Part shown: piece after piece, positions 37,266-49,961 of the stretch
Position numbering within the stretch: the first letter of the stretch is position 1
How the letters are laid out: each line of letters starts with the position of its first letter
From: Podarcis liolepis
Lineage: Eukaryota
Assembly (NCBI GenBank): GCA_965112155.1
Contig: OZ218099.1
Length of the DNA: 64,000 nucleotides
Strand: one strand, 5' to 3'
Notes under the pieces: model-generated
What the model was told of the DNA's origin: nothing
Databases searched by the model: none
What the model saw: the letters and a program-made list of their open reading frames with translations, nothing else
Program-made: the position numbers and the translations under genes

Positions 37266-39465
37266 CTGTAACAAAATGGCAAGTGTACTGATTTGGCAGG
37301 GCTTTCGTAGACAGAAAGTATATTCAAAAGCACAACTGTGTTTTGGTTCTGTTGGAATACATACACTAAGCACCAATATATTGGTATCCTTGCCACCGTT
37401 GAAAGTCCAAGACATAAAGTTTGTCTTTTATCTTTTTTAGAAAGTTGACATGAACCAGCTAAAACTATTTTTTAAAAAATTGCACACACTGAATGCAGTT
37501 CTTCACATATAACATAATCCTTGCAGAAGACAAATTCCATGGTCAATCTGTCCTGATACTTCATGATTATGCAATGTAAATTTAACAATGCTCTTTTGCC
37601 ACCCAACACTGCCAGAAATAGAACTGGCATGGTACAAAAATTCAGCTTCTTTTAATACTGTGAGCAAGGACAGTAGTGTCTGAAGGGTTTCCCACCCTTT
37701 CTCCCTGCAGTTTTAATTATTAACAGTACTCTCACCTCCAGGGCCAGATTCCAAATCTCAGATGTGCAGTAGATATAGTACTGCCACTTACCTCGAAAAA
37801 AACAAACACTACTGTGCTTTTTTCCAAGGTCTGATGCTAATCTGGCCCCAGGTTTACGTGAGACATTATAATCCTACGAAAGTTTTCATCTCAGCATGGA
37901 AATAATTAGACTTGGGCAATCCCGCCTAATGTTGCTGTAGGGTAAATTGAAACAAGAGAATAATTGGGTAGCTTATTCAACTGACTGGAAGTGAATGTAA
38001 ACCTAAAGAAAGTGAGCTGTAAAAGCAAGACTGGACATGGATTTCTGAGCACACAAAGCACAAATATTATTTTTAAGGAACGCAAACTTCCAAATGGGCA
38101 CTGTTGCCTTGGATTAAAAAAGGGAAATTAGTTAACAAGACTTGCAGGTCCTTTGGAGATTGGTTTTAGTCAACATTGGGTAAAGAAGACAAACACAATA
38201 TATAAATGATATATACTTCTGTGTCCTTTGGGGTGCAAAAAAGTAGTAAGAAAGAAATAAGGCTAAGTAAGGAAAATGGTTACACTAAGAAAGCAATTAT
38301 TTTCAAGCTCAGTACTGTTCAACAAAGATGGGCAACCTGAATCCCTTGACCTTATTTTATGTGGCCCACAGCCTAATTTCAAAAGCTCTTTGTAAGCAAT
38401 CAGTTCAGACTGCTGGCAAGAGTGACTCATCACTCCCTGACAGTCTGCTGGACAGGCAGGAAAGAGGAGAGAGAAAAAGGGGCATCAGAAAGAGAAAAAA
38501 TGTGGTCTCACCCACCACTGGACCTGGCCCCACCCACATATGGCAGGTGGCCTCCAACCGATTACTCCTGGGGGAATGCGATCCCTGACAGAAAAATGGT
38601 TGCCCACCCCTGCCTAATAAGTGTGTTTAGGGTAACCATTTGTAAACATCAAGTTAATTCAAGCAAAGTAGCACAACTTCTGAAGAAACATTTGGGTGTT
38701 TCACTGCATTTTACTGAAACCACAGTATTAACCTAAAGCAGACAAACATGTAATGCAAAGTAAATCCTACCTAGTTTACACAAAAGAAATACTCAAGTCT
38801 TTAAAAGGAAATGATAACTACATACTGTTGAACAATATATTGGCAATGTCTTGCTTTCTATGGAAACCTATTTGGTCATTAATAAATAATATAAAATTAA
38901 TATTATTATTTACTCAATTTGTATACCACCTTTCATTCTTAGATCTCAGGGCAACCTAAAATTATGAAGCTAAGTAGAGAGAATCCACCTGGTCCTTTCC
39001 CCATGCTGACTATGGAATAGCTTATGGAAACTTGCCTGTCATAGGGCCCATTTGCATATGTAGTTTGCTTAAGTAGAACAGACAGGTTTTAAAAAATACT
39101 GCTCAAAGTCACAAACAATTCTGGTACTAATATGTTTCATATTTACATAATGCTGGAAAAGAGTAAACGTTCCCTATTATATTCTATACAGTAATGTTGG
39201 TGTTTTCACAGCTAATCAAGATGAGGAAACCTACAGATTGGAGGACATGGCTTGTGAACATTTAGGACAAATAAATCCATCTTCCACACCTTGCCAAGCA
39301 TTTGGGATTGCTTCATATCCTAAAATAGCCAGTGTCATAAAATTTGGATTAAATGACAGTAAACATGCAGAGGATAGTACTGGACTTCAAGTAAAACCAA
39401 GTCTAGCAGTACACAGTGCCTGAAAAAAGCTTTAAAATTATTTATGTAGGAGGAAATATTCTTAC

Positions 39466-39584
39466 CTGGGATTAATCTTCGCTTCTTCCATCATTTTCTT
39501 GAAATCTTCCTTAGCCTGCATTATTTTATTTTTCTTCTCTTTGCGTTCTTCTTCTGCCCTAGTTTTCACATACTGATCAAATAC
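39466..39584 (-). CDS. TCERG1: TCERG1 exon 14 (VFDQYVKTRAEEERK...EAKINPR)
   Basis: ctgtag| acceptor, AG|GTAAGA donor, 119 nt. Confidence 0.95.
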
Positions 39585-40724
39585 CTACAGAAACACCAGA
39601 GTATACCATTTGGAGCATTATCACCCTGTAAGTGGAGAGGACTCCAAAGGACAAGTCAAAGGCTAGGATGCATCATTTGCAGTAATATGAGAAGTTACCA
39701 TATATGACCCCAAGAGTATTACTTCACTAAGCTTGGACTCACTGAAATATTCCTCTCTATAAAAACTTTTATGTAAAGCCATTCAACATAAATTTTAACA
39801 CTGTTCTTTAGGGCACCAAGTAACTATCACAGCAGCAACAGTACTGAACGTAAAATAGTTGGACGCTTAAGAACTGTGGCATGGAACAAGGGGGTCCTGC
39901 AGCTCAAGCAGCCAGGAGGGGAGGTGAAGAAGGGTATTGCCAAAGATACTGCTATATACGGAGACAGTGACATGTTCTTCTCTATCAAAGCCAAAATGTG
40001 TAATTCTCACTAAGAGAAGCTAATATATAAGAGAAGCTATCAGAAAACAGCCAGCTCTTTCTTCTTTTATACCTCATAGCCAGCATTTAAGAATGCTCAA
40101 CAACCCTAGAAACACTTTTATGGCAATATTAATGCAATCAAATTATCATTTATTCATGAGGACACAGTATCCACACTTATCACTAGTTAGGATAGGACAA
40201 AAAAACACCCATTTAACATTGGGCTATATGTGCATGATTTAATATGAGAGACATACAACTGAACACCTTGGTTCAGAAACTGGTGGTTCTACCAAGTCTC
40301 AGCTTCTAAATAATCACTCTGGAGATGAAGAAATTAAAACAGTGTACATAAATAAATCCTGATTGTTCCCTTTTGCAAATTTTACATTTCCCATTTATTT
40401 TCATTTTTGTAGTAAAAGATTTCACACAAGAATATTTTGGGTATGAATAACATATTCAGGGTTTCTTTGTCAAATACTCCTGTTAATATTTTTATACAAA
40501 TCTCTGTGACAATTATGGTTTGGGGGGTGTGGGGCTTCGTACCTAAACATACATTTGAGTTTGAAGCTTTCATTTCCCTATAGAAATTGTCAAGTTCTCT
40601 TTCTTAAGGAATACATGGAACCCTACCTTTTCCCCACCCCATTCCCTAAACATTTGTTATCTGAAACTCCAGATATCACAGAATTCACAGGCCAGTTGTG
40701 TTTACCTGTAGGCCTTTATTTTAC

Positions 40725-40814
40725 CTGTTTTCTTTCTTTAGGGTTAAGAAGCAGGTAGCGGGGATCAAAAACTATCTTGTGTAGCTCCTTCTCCCAAGTA
40801 GAAAATGCAGAAAC
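40725..40814 (-). CDS. TCERG1: TCERG1 exon 13 ([30 protein letters not shown])
   Basis: poly-T then aaag| acceptor, CAG|GTAAAA donor, 90 nt. Confidence 0.95.
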
Positions 40815-42058
40815 CTTTAAAAAAAAAAATAGAAAGGGGTGGAGTGGAAGAGAGAAAAGTGCTGATTTTCCTAGCAATTAAATTCACCCAAAGACAAGCA
40901 AGTCGTGCTATTTTGCTTGAAACCTACAGGACATCTGTTAGAGAAGAGCCATAACTGAAACCCTTACAGCAGTTTCATCACTAATAGATGACAAGCTCCA
41001 GGAGGTCAGCATCACAAATTTCCACACTAATTGGCTCCAAAAACGTCTACATAATTACACAGAACTAACACACATCTAATTACTCATTAAAATAGCCACT
41101 ACTGTGTGACATTTAAAAATTGCCACATCAAAAGAGAGCCTTGAAGTTCTCTACTCTGACTTCCTCTGCTGCCTGCATAGCTCTTTTTCTAAATGATCCA
41201 ATGTCTCCCCCGCCCGCCGCCACCCCAAATAAACCCAAAGGTTTTGCACAGAAATTGTCTTTGGAGCACTTTTAAAAAGACAGGTTAACAAGGCAAACTT
41301 ATAACATTTCATGGAAACTGAGGTGGAAAAATCACACTGAAAGCTGATATTCTTTACTCTAACAAGAGAATTTTGAAATCAATTGCAAACATATGCACCG
41401 TTCTCCTGTCCCACCCATACCAAGGCTCCAGGAATAGCAACGATAGTTGCCAAAAATGCTCCACTTCCCTAAACTGCCCCTGAAAAAGACAACTGTTGTG
41501 GGCTTCATTTTGCATGAAAAAAATATGCTACTGAAATCCAGAATTTATCTTCAGTACACACAAATAGGTAACAGACACACTCTTCAAATGTGAAGCTGTC
41601 GTAGTATAAGGATTTGAACAGAAGCCCAATTTATCCAACTCCCCAAATTAAGATTACGCACCACCCAACTAGTTGTGTGCAACAATCCTACATCACAGAA
41701 CTTCAACAGATGAATAGGTGTGTGAGAATGTGTGTGTGTTTCCCAATGGCATTTACTTAAAGTGAACACTAGTTTTATCTTTGACCAGTTATTCTGCACA
41801 TGTGCCTTCTGAACAATCAAACAACAACAAATTATCAAAGCACGGGACATCCTTATCATTAGCACCCATACAGAGTTGGAATATCTTATTAGTATACAGA
41901 TAACCAATATCCTTCAATCCTAATGACAGTATGCAGGAATAACTTGTCAGTGAAAGAAGAACAATATAGGAACTAACAGATCTTTCCATTATTTGGGCTA
42001 AAATGTCAGTCTAATCAGGAAACACCAAGGTTGACTTAATACAATAATAGTTTCTGAC

Positions 42059-42194
42059 CCCTCTTTCAAGTAGCATGTCCTTGAACTGTTTCATTCGCGC
42101 TTCCAGCGGGACAATTGCTCTCTCTCGAGCAGCTTTAATTTCAGCTTCCATGGCAGCCTCCTTCTCTGAATCAATGTCTTTGTTTTCCTCCTTC
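42059..42194 (-). CDS. TCERG1: TCERG1 exon 12 (KEENKDIDSEKEAAMEAE...MLLERG; start of FF1)
   Basis: catag| acceptor, GGG|GTCAGA donor, 136 nt. Confidence 0.93.
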
Positions 42195-42565
42195 CTATGA
42201 AAGTGAAGGCATACAAGACTCCATTAAAAAAAAAAACAATTAAATCTTTAGCTTTACATCATTTTGGTAACATATGTTCAGGGTGGATTCCATTCAATGC
42301 ATTCTATTCAATGCACAGTGGAACCAAAGACTATTTAACTTGGCCCAATACCCCCCAGACAATTAATTAAAAAATATGGTTGAGCATACAACAATACTTT
42401 GGGCATACTGCAGACAAGCAATCTCACTCAATATGGTGACTACAAAAGCCACTGTGCAGTGTGGGAAACTTAGCTTTCCACACTGAAAGAGTTGAGCCCC
42501 AGTTCAGACTTGAAAACTTTAAAGCTCAGAAATTAATGCAATCTATCCTTTCATACACAACTTAC

Positions 42566-42632
42566 TTCCGCTTCTTTGCTTTAATAGGTTCATCATCATT
42601 TGTTTCATCTAGCATTTCATGCTCTTCTTTTA
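42566..42632 (-). CDS. TCERG1: TCERG1 exon 11 (IKEEHEMLDETNDDEPIKAKKRK); alternative upstream acceptor would start it at 42659
   Basis: ctcttacag| acceptor, AA|GTAAGT donor; phases fit exons 10 and 12. Confidence 0.85.
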
Positions 42633-43136
42633 CTGTAAGAGAGGCCTCTATTAGCATCCCTATAGGTACAGTTCAGGGGAAAAAACACACCACTTATATT
42701 CGCTTGTTGTCTACATAAAGGTAAAGAATGCATCTCATGTTAATTTTAAGACATGCAAAGTTAGTCTATGGATACACATTAGAATCTCAATAAAGAATTC
42801 AATATTCCACTTTGAGGTTTCCCCCCACAATCAATAGGTATATTAATTTTATGAAATAAAATTAAACAACAAATAACATTTGATCAATAATGTATGCTTC
42901 CAAAAAAAATAAATAAAAATAATAATAATGTATGCTTCCAATTAATATCTATAATTTTTAAAATATCCACACTACCATAGCTTCCAGAACCTAATACATA
43001 CCAGCCTCAGAGGCAGGGGCTCAAATCAGATAGAACAGCCAGTTATGGCTTGGTGTGAAATCTTATTATTTATAAATTTTATATTCCACCCTTCCTCCCA
43101 AAGGAACACAGTGCAGCAAACACATAAGCGACACAT

Positions 43137-43138
<2 letters not shown>

Positions 43139-43170
<32 letters not shown>
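43139..43170. repeat. (AT)n microsatellite
   Basis: Read directly from sequence. Confidence 0.95.
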
Positions 43171-43176
<6 letters not shown>

Positions 43177-43962
43177 ACCCTATGAAATGTTGAGCCAGAC
43201 TGAACCATGTAGTTCAGGAATGACACTGTAGTTATTCTTGTGGGATGCTAGGACTCTGTTACAATGTGAGTGCTGCAGTCAGCAAGGTCTCTGAAACTAA
43301 TTTGCGCCATGGCTCAGCTATGCCCAAGCTTCTGGGTAAGACTGCAATGTATTTTGTGAGGTACGTAGTGTATGTATATACAGAATAAAAAGCACTTCGG
43401 TATTCCAAGTGTTTACATTGGAAATCTCACTAATCCTTTAGCACCATCCAACAAAAAAGGCCAAATCAAGCTCATAGATGTGATGAACCACTGCTTGGTT
43501 TCCAGCTGCATCTCCAACATCACAGAAGGGGATCCTGTATCCCCCCCCCAAAAAAAAATCTCATCATCCCAGACCACCAGCCATGTTTCCCTAACTTTGT
43601 TCTACATGCCGGTGGATTTAAAGTAGAGGGAATTGTTGAGTGAAAAAAAACATTAGCTTTTGAACCAATGGGAGATATCAAATACAGAGGACCTGCACTT
43701 CCTAAGATTATGTAAATATTCACATTACTGAATATATGCTTAGCCTACTTTTAGCAATCATAAATGATTTAATATAGTCACAACTGAGTCCCAGAAATCA
43801 TGCATTGATCAATAACTTTTTCCAGTGCAGTTCTCTCTTGCTTGTTAATAAGCACAAAATATCTCTTGCTTTGAATAAGCACAACAAAATTGAACCTGTA
43901 AGTATATTCAAAATTGCAAAATAACCAAGACAAAATAGGAAGAATACTGTTTTTATTCTTAC

Positions 43963-44123
43963 TTTGTTTTTTCACTTCATCTATTCCTTTTTTGTGTGGA
44001 GGCTCCTGAATAATTTTATCCACATCTGCTCTTCCAATTAAGTCATCTGGTCTATCCCACATAGACAGACGTGTGGTAGGGTTGTAAAAGAAAACCCTCT
44101 CATCACCTGTCCACACCACACAC
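43963..44123 (-). CDS. TCERG1: TCERG1 exon 10 (WW3: CVVWTGDERVFFYNPTTRLSMWDRP)
   Basis: ctgtag| acceptor, A|GTAAGA donor, 161 nt. Confidence 0.95.
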
Positions 44124-44628
44124 CTACAGAAAAGCCACAATCAATCAATGGTTTATCAATACTCTATCAAAGTTTGTTTAACCTATAAGCATGCTTTCAG
44201 TTAATAAAATACAGAGGTCCCAATGCCTTTGTCACATGCTCTTAAACTCCATAAAACAACACTGTCCTAAGCATGCTTACTCATAAATAAGCAACATTGT
44301 ATTCAGTGGGCTTATTCCCAGATAAATGTGCATATGATTATAGCCAAGATCAACAGCACTTAATTATACCTGTCTGTACTAGAATGTTTTATAAACAGAA
44401 AGTAGACTTACGATCACTGCTAACTGCTGGTCAATCTCATACAAAAATAATGTAAAGCCGATTTTTTCTTTATTCAACATGAAATGTATAATATAAGCCT
44501 ATTGCTAACATTATTGATTGATTAAATCATTGTAAATCTAACATTAATTTTATATTAGAAATAAACAATGCATAAAATGTTCACTATGAATAGAATGCAG
44601 AGATTTAAAAGTAGTACTTATTTATTCA

Positions 44629-44819
44629 CAGTTACAGGTAGGTCTGCCTTAGTCGAAACAAAATTTAAAAATTCCTTCCAGTAGCACCTTAGAGGCCAAC
44701 TAAGTTTCTTATTCGTATGAGCTTTTGTGTGCTTTTGTGTGCATGCACACAAAAGCTTATACCAATACAAACTTAGTTGGTCTCTAAGGTGTTACTGGAA
44801 GGAATTTTTTTTTATTATA
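44629..44819. mobile_element. Penelope-like inverted terminal fragment forming a long palindrome, TCERG1 intron 9
   Basis: Arms about 44667-44732 and 44743-44809 are reverse complements; direct repeat tattcaca at 44623 and 44820. Confidence 0.75.
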
Positions 44820-44859
44820 TATTCACACTAATCAATCTGAGGAAAAAAATGTTACTTAC

Positions 44860-44948
44860 CATGGAGTACCAGGAATAGGGGTAGTAGCAACAGGTTTTGC
44901 TTTCTGAGCTGCTTTTTCTTCTTCCGTCATTTCTTCTTCTTTTGGTTC
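44860..44948 (-). CDS. TCERG1: TCERG1 exon 9 (EPKEEEMTEEEKAAQKAKPVATTPIPGTPW)
   Basis: cag| acceptor, TG|GTAAGT donor, 89 nt. Confidence 0.95.
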
Positions 44949-45808
44949 CTGGTGAGAGATCAAAGGTAATTTAAAACCAACTGTTGCATTTATGGTGAAT
45001 TGACAAGGATAAGGAGGAACTATATAAAATCAATTGGAAATAAAAAGTAATTTGGAAATCAGTGAAACGAATGTGTAAGGAAAGTTTCTGAACTATAATG
45101 ATTAATTCATTTTATGTTTAACACACACTAAGGGCAACATCCTAAGATGCCCATCTGCTTTTGCACAGTGGTTAATCCATCTGTGAAATGGGATGTCTGG
45201 TTTCTTATTGCCCCTTTCCACCTGCACCCCCATGTGCCCCAAAATCTGCTCCAAAGTAATATAAAAGCTGCCAAGAGTTTGTGCTATCTTACTACTTTCA
45301 AAACTATGCAATAGCACTTTGCTTTGATGTTTATGTTCCTAAATGTAAATCAAGTTTTCAATATTTAAGGCACTGAATGTGTGCCTTAAAAACTGTGGAC
45401 TGTATTCAGCTTGTTTTTACTCAGAATGTATTTGAATAAATGAACCTAGGTTGTCATACTTATTCAACTGGTTGACGCAAAGTATGATTAACATTGGATA
45501 CGATCAAGTTTTTCAGCCATTGAAGACTATCCACAATGCTTTACTTTCTAAGTAATTTGTAAAATCAAATATTGCTTCTAGTTAGTTCCTAAATATAAGA
45601 ACAACCTATTCACATTATAGAGCTGTCAATATGCTGTCATTATGCTCTCAATATCCAGACCAAAATGTGCGCATTTTCTATTTTATTTCAGTTTACTTAA
45701 ATGCATCTTCCACTTCATTCTACTTGATCTGCAGCTTTGTTTTCACAAACCAACATAAGAGTATTTAAATACAGCAAAATTAAGCTGTAGGTTTCTCATG
45801 TCTTTTAC

Positions 45809-45924
45809 CTCTTTTATAAGTTCCTTGATAGGTTCAATTTTGGGTTCCTCCTCTTCAGTCTCCATAGGCAAAGGGTCTTCAGCAGGCTCCTTAATGCTTT
45901 CTTTCATCTTCTCTTCTACTTTTT
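45809..45924 (-). CDS. TCERG1: TCERG1 exon 8 (EKVEEKMKESIKEP...LIKE)
   Basis: ccctag| acceptor, GAG|GTAAAA donor, 116 nt. Confidence 0.9.
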
Positions 45925-46149
45925 CTAGGGAAAAGCATTGTTTTTTACCTTCCACTTTCCGTAAATTCAAACTTAAGTCTCTTATCAGCATAATTATTCA
46001 TAATGAAAAGTACATTTGAATGTTTTCATTTTTGTCAGAATTTTTCTCAACTATGGACATGTATCTGTGATTATACAAATTATTACAGAGCTAGCAGAAT
46101 GACACTGGGTAGCTATATTTCTGCTCCTAGACAGCTACACTTTTATGTG

Positions 46150-46472
46150 CTGCATGATGCTGTTTAACATCTATATGAAGCTGTTAGAAGTGGTCATCAG
46201 GAGATTTGGGTTATGGTATCATCAGTATGCTGATTACACCCAGCTCTATTTTTCTGTTACATCCAACTCTAGTGTGCTGTGCAATTTCTCAATTTCTTGA
46301 TACAGTGGTGGACTGGACAAGACCCAATACTGAGTCGGAATCCTGGTAAGATGAAGGCCTTGTGGGTGGTTTCCCAGTCCAGAAATCAAGAAAATCTGCC
46401 TATTGCCGACACAGCTGCATTTCCCTGAAGGAACAGGTATGTAGTCTGGAGAAGCTCCTTGACATGCAAGGA
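46150..46472 (+). mobile_element. L2/CR1-clade LINE reverse transcriptase fragment (decayed)
   Basis: Reads MLFNIYMKLLEVVIRRFGLWYHQYADYTQLYFS from 46157 (YADD changed to YADY at 46226-46237); later LKEQVCSLEKLLD. Confidence 0.85.
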
Positions 46473-48079
46473 GTTCGTAGAAGCAGCTCTTTGTTTTCAC
46501 TAGGCAGTCTGGTTTTATTTAAAGCAACTGTTATTAACAGTCTTCTACTTATATTTCCAAAAGAAATATATTTTCATACTTTCTGTCTTTTCAAAATTAC
46601 CATGGATATGCAACCGCCTTACATTGGTTATCTATGGTAAGGATGGCAATCACTTCTGTAATCAGCAGATACCACAAGTACTTTAGAAAATAATTCTAAA
46701 TGTTTACACAACAAGGATGAGATAATATAGTGGTATTCTCTTGCTACTGATATGTGGGGATTTATATTGGCTCCAGGACTACTGTTATGTCTTTGTCCAA
46801 ACTAAGACAGTTATCTATGCTGCAATTCTAATCTAGTTTGTTCTTAGCAATAAAGTTGCTGTTTGTTAGGTATCCTTTGGGGCCTGCCTCCTTCTCTCAA
46901 ATAGTATGAGATGGTGTCAGAAACCCAAGCCTTAAGTGTTACAAAAATTGCTCAATTTCCAGCCCCAGAAAGCTTCAACAGACCCTCAGAATAACCAGTC
47001 TGGCAGAAAAGATTTGATTGTTGCTGCACAGCAACATTGTGCTACAATGAGATAGGAGAAATTAGACTCAGCTCCCTCATGTTTAAATCCTTCAACTTTA
47101 TTGAGGAAAACCAAGGATTATTAATTTTATTTAATTATTTATTTGATTTCTTACCCACCCTTCATCATTAAGATCCCAGGGCATGTTACAGCAATTTAAA
47201 AATACAATTTAAACAAATTACAGACAAGACAATAAGATAGGTACTGAAAATAACTATGCAGAGCAGATTTGGTTAATTTTTTATTCTTAAGTGTAATATA
47301 GTTTATGAGGTGGAGTATTTCCACCTGAAATGTCAAAGCCTAGAGAGTCAATGGAATACCTTTTTGAAAACTCATGATTTGGGAACAAAAAGGAAGAGCT
47401 TATCAGTGACAGATTAATAGTGCTAGGCATCCTGTACAAAGGACTCTCAAAGAGTCATACCCTTTTCACACTGCAACAGAAATGCCAAGGCCAATAAGAA
47501 ATGGTTTAAAAAATCTAAATAGAGAACATGAAGCAACCTAGAGATAGCTACTAAATAGAATTCTAGAAATCATCCATCTGTAAGAAGAAATCCATAAAAA
47601 GCAAATACTTGGAGACTCTCAAAACAGCTGGCGGTAGGCTCCAGGAAAAAAACAGGCATTTCTCAATTTAGACGGAAGCTGAGAGAAACTGCAGCCTGGC
47701 GGTGGAGGTCTGCTATCCAGGAGCCCAAAGTCACACACGCAAAACTGGGGCATTTTGTAACAGTGTGCCATATTAAGACAAAAAGAGAAACAACGAACTT
47801 CAACTGTGAACTAGTAAGAAAGGGAAAGACTGTAAAAGAAGTAGCATACTAGTGGAGGTGGGACACTGAATCATCCCATCAGCTTTTCTGAAAGACCAGC
47901 TCCACTGGACTCCTCCTGTCCCTGAACTGTTTCCATTTATGTTGGTCATTATAAGAGTTGCAGAGCTTGCTTCCCCCTACTTCTGACTCACCATGGCTTT
48001 TTCTTTCTGCGTCATGTTTTTTAGATTGTGAGTCTGTAGACAGAGAGACTCTTGTTTTAACTGTATGTAAGACATACAG

Positions 48080-48414
48080 TGAGGGACACGGGTGGCCTAG
48101 GACTTGCTGATCAGAAGGTCAGCGGTTCAAATCCCCGCGACAGGGTGAGCTCCTGTTGATCGGTCCTTGTTCCTGCCAACCTAGCAGTTCGAAAGCATGT
48201 CAAAATGCAAGTAGATAAACAGATACTGCTCCGGCAGGAAGGAAAACGGCGTTTCCGTGCGCTGCTCTGGTTCGCCTGAAGCGGCGTAGTCATGCTGGCC
48301 ACATGACCTGGAAGCTGTACGCCGGCTCCCTCGGCCAATAAAGCGAGATGAGTGCCGCAACCCCAGAGTCAGCCACGACTGGACCAAATGATCAGGGGTC
48401 CCCTTTACCTTTAC
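48080..48414 (+). mobile_element. Sauria SINE with small 5' internal deletion, in TCERG1 intron 7
   Basis: Same family; TSD gacatacag at 48071-48079 and 48415-48423. Confidence 0.9.
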
Positions 48415-48440
48415 GACATACAGCAGGTTTAAAAATGCTA

Positions 48441-48914
<474 letters not shown>

Positions 48915-49898
48915 TCACTACTGCCCTGTATACCCAGTCATGGATGGCACAAAATGTAGTAAATATTTGATAAATCTTGTGAATTTGCACTATTTTTTAA
49001 GTGTTGAGAATGAAGTTATTGCTAATTCCGTACACTATCATAATAATCAGCATTAAAAGAAGATGGGAAGGATTTACTGCTCTTCAAAGTGGTAACACTA
49101 ACAAAGAGTAGTAAAACAATAAAGTCAGCTTCTTCAGTACAGATGTAGCATGATTATCAGGAAATCTTCTTAGTCCTCTCTATTAAATGGTCATGTGATC
49201 CAGCAAAGCAGACCCACACATGCAAGCAGAGCTTCCCCAGTGCCATGGAAGGGGAGAGAGTCCTGCACACTTACTGAGCTCCTTCAACCGCTGTCAGGAG
49301 CACCCAATCTTAGAAGTCAGGATCACATGTTTAGGTGCCAAAACAACCCAGGATTTTGCTTTCAACTTTGATTTTTGGATTTTAAAGTTAAAATAACAGG
49401 TGGTTTAATGCAGCACGATTCTAGTCTTTTTGTGAATATGTAAGGTACTGACAACAAACTCCTTTTTGCATGAAAACATATATATCTAGAACAACCTTTA
49501 ACATGTAAGTTTAAACATAGACACAGACATACATACACATACACAAGCACACTAACATGCAAACAAAGTCTGATCACTGTACAAATAGCAGGAGGGGGGG
49601 GAATCAAACACTGTATCCCACATAGGAAAGCAAAAACAAAATATGGTTATGGAAGAGATTCACATGAACAGAGTAGTCTAGAATAAGTGTTGTTGTTTTT
49701 TAACTAATTATGCTCATAGCCAGTTAACTGGGGGGAAATCTTGCTGACTACATGTGAAATCTGTATTTGTAAGTGTATTTTGAAAATAAAGATAAGAGAT
49801 CCAGTTATTTGGGAAAAGCAAATAAAGGTAAAAACAACAACATTCACTACCATGCCAACTTACAGACAAAACAGACTAAGATGGTTTAAAAAAATTAC

Positions 49899-49961
49899 CG
49901 GTCTTGGTGGTAGCGACTGTCTTTACATACGGGCAGCTGACTATTTGCATCATTGCTACAC
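49899..49961 (-). CDS. TCERG1: TCERG1 exon 6, 63-nt symmetric cassette exon (GVAMMQIVSCPYVKTVATTKT)
   Basis: ttttacag| acceptor, G|GTAATT donor; peptide matches my recollection of the human 21-aa alternative segment; missed by the ORF track. Confidence 0.9.
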
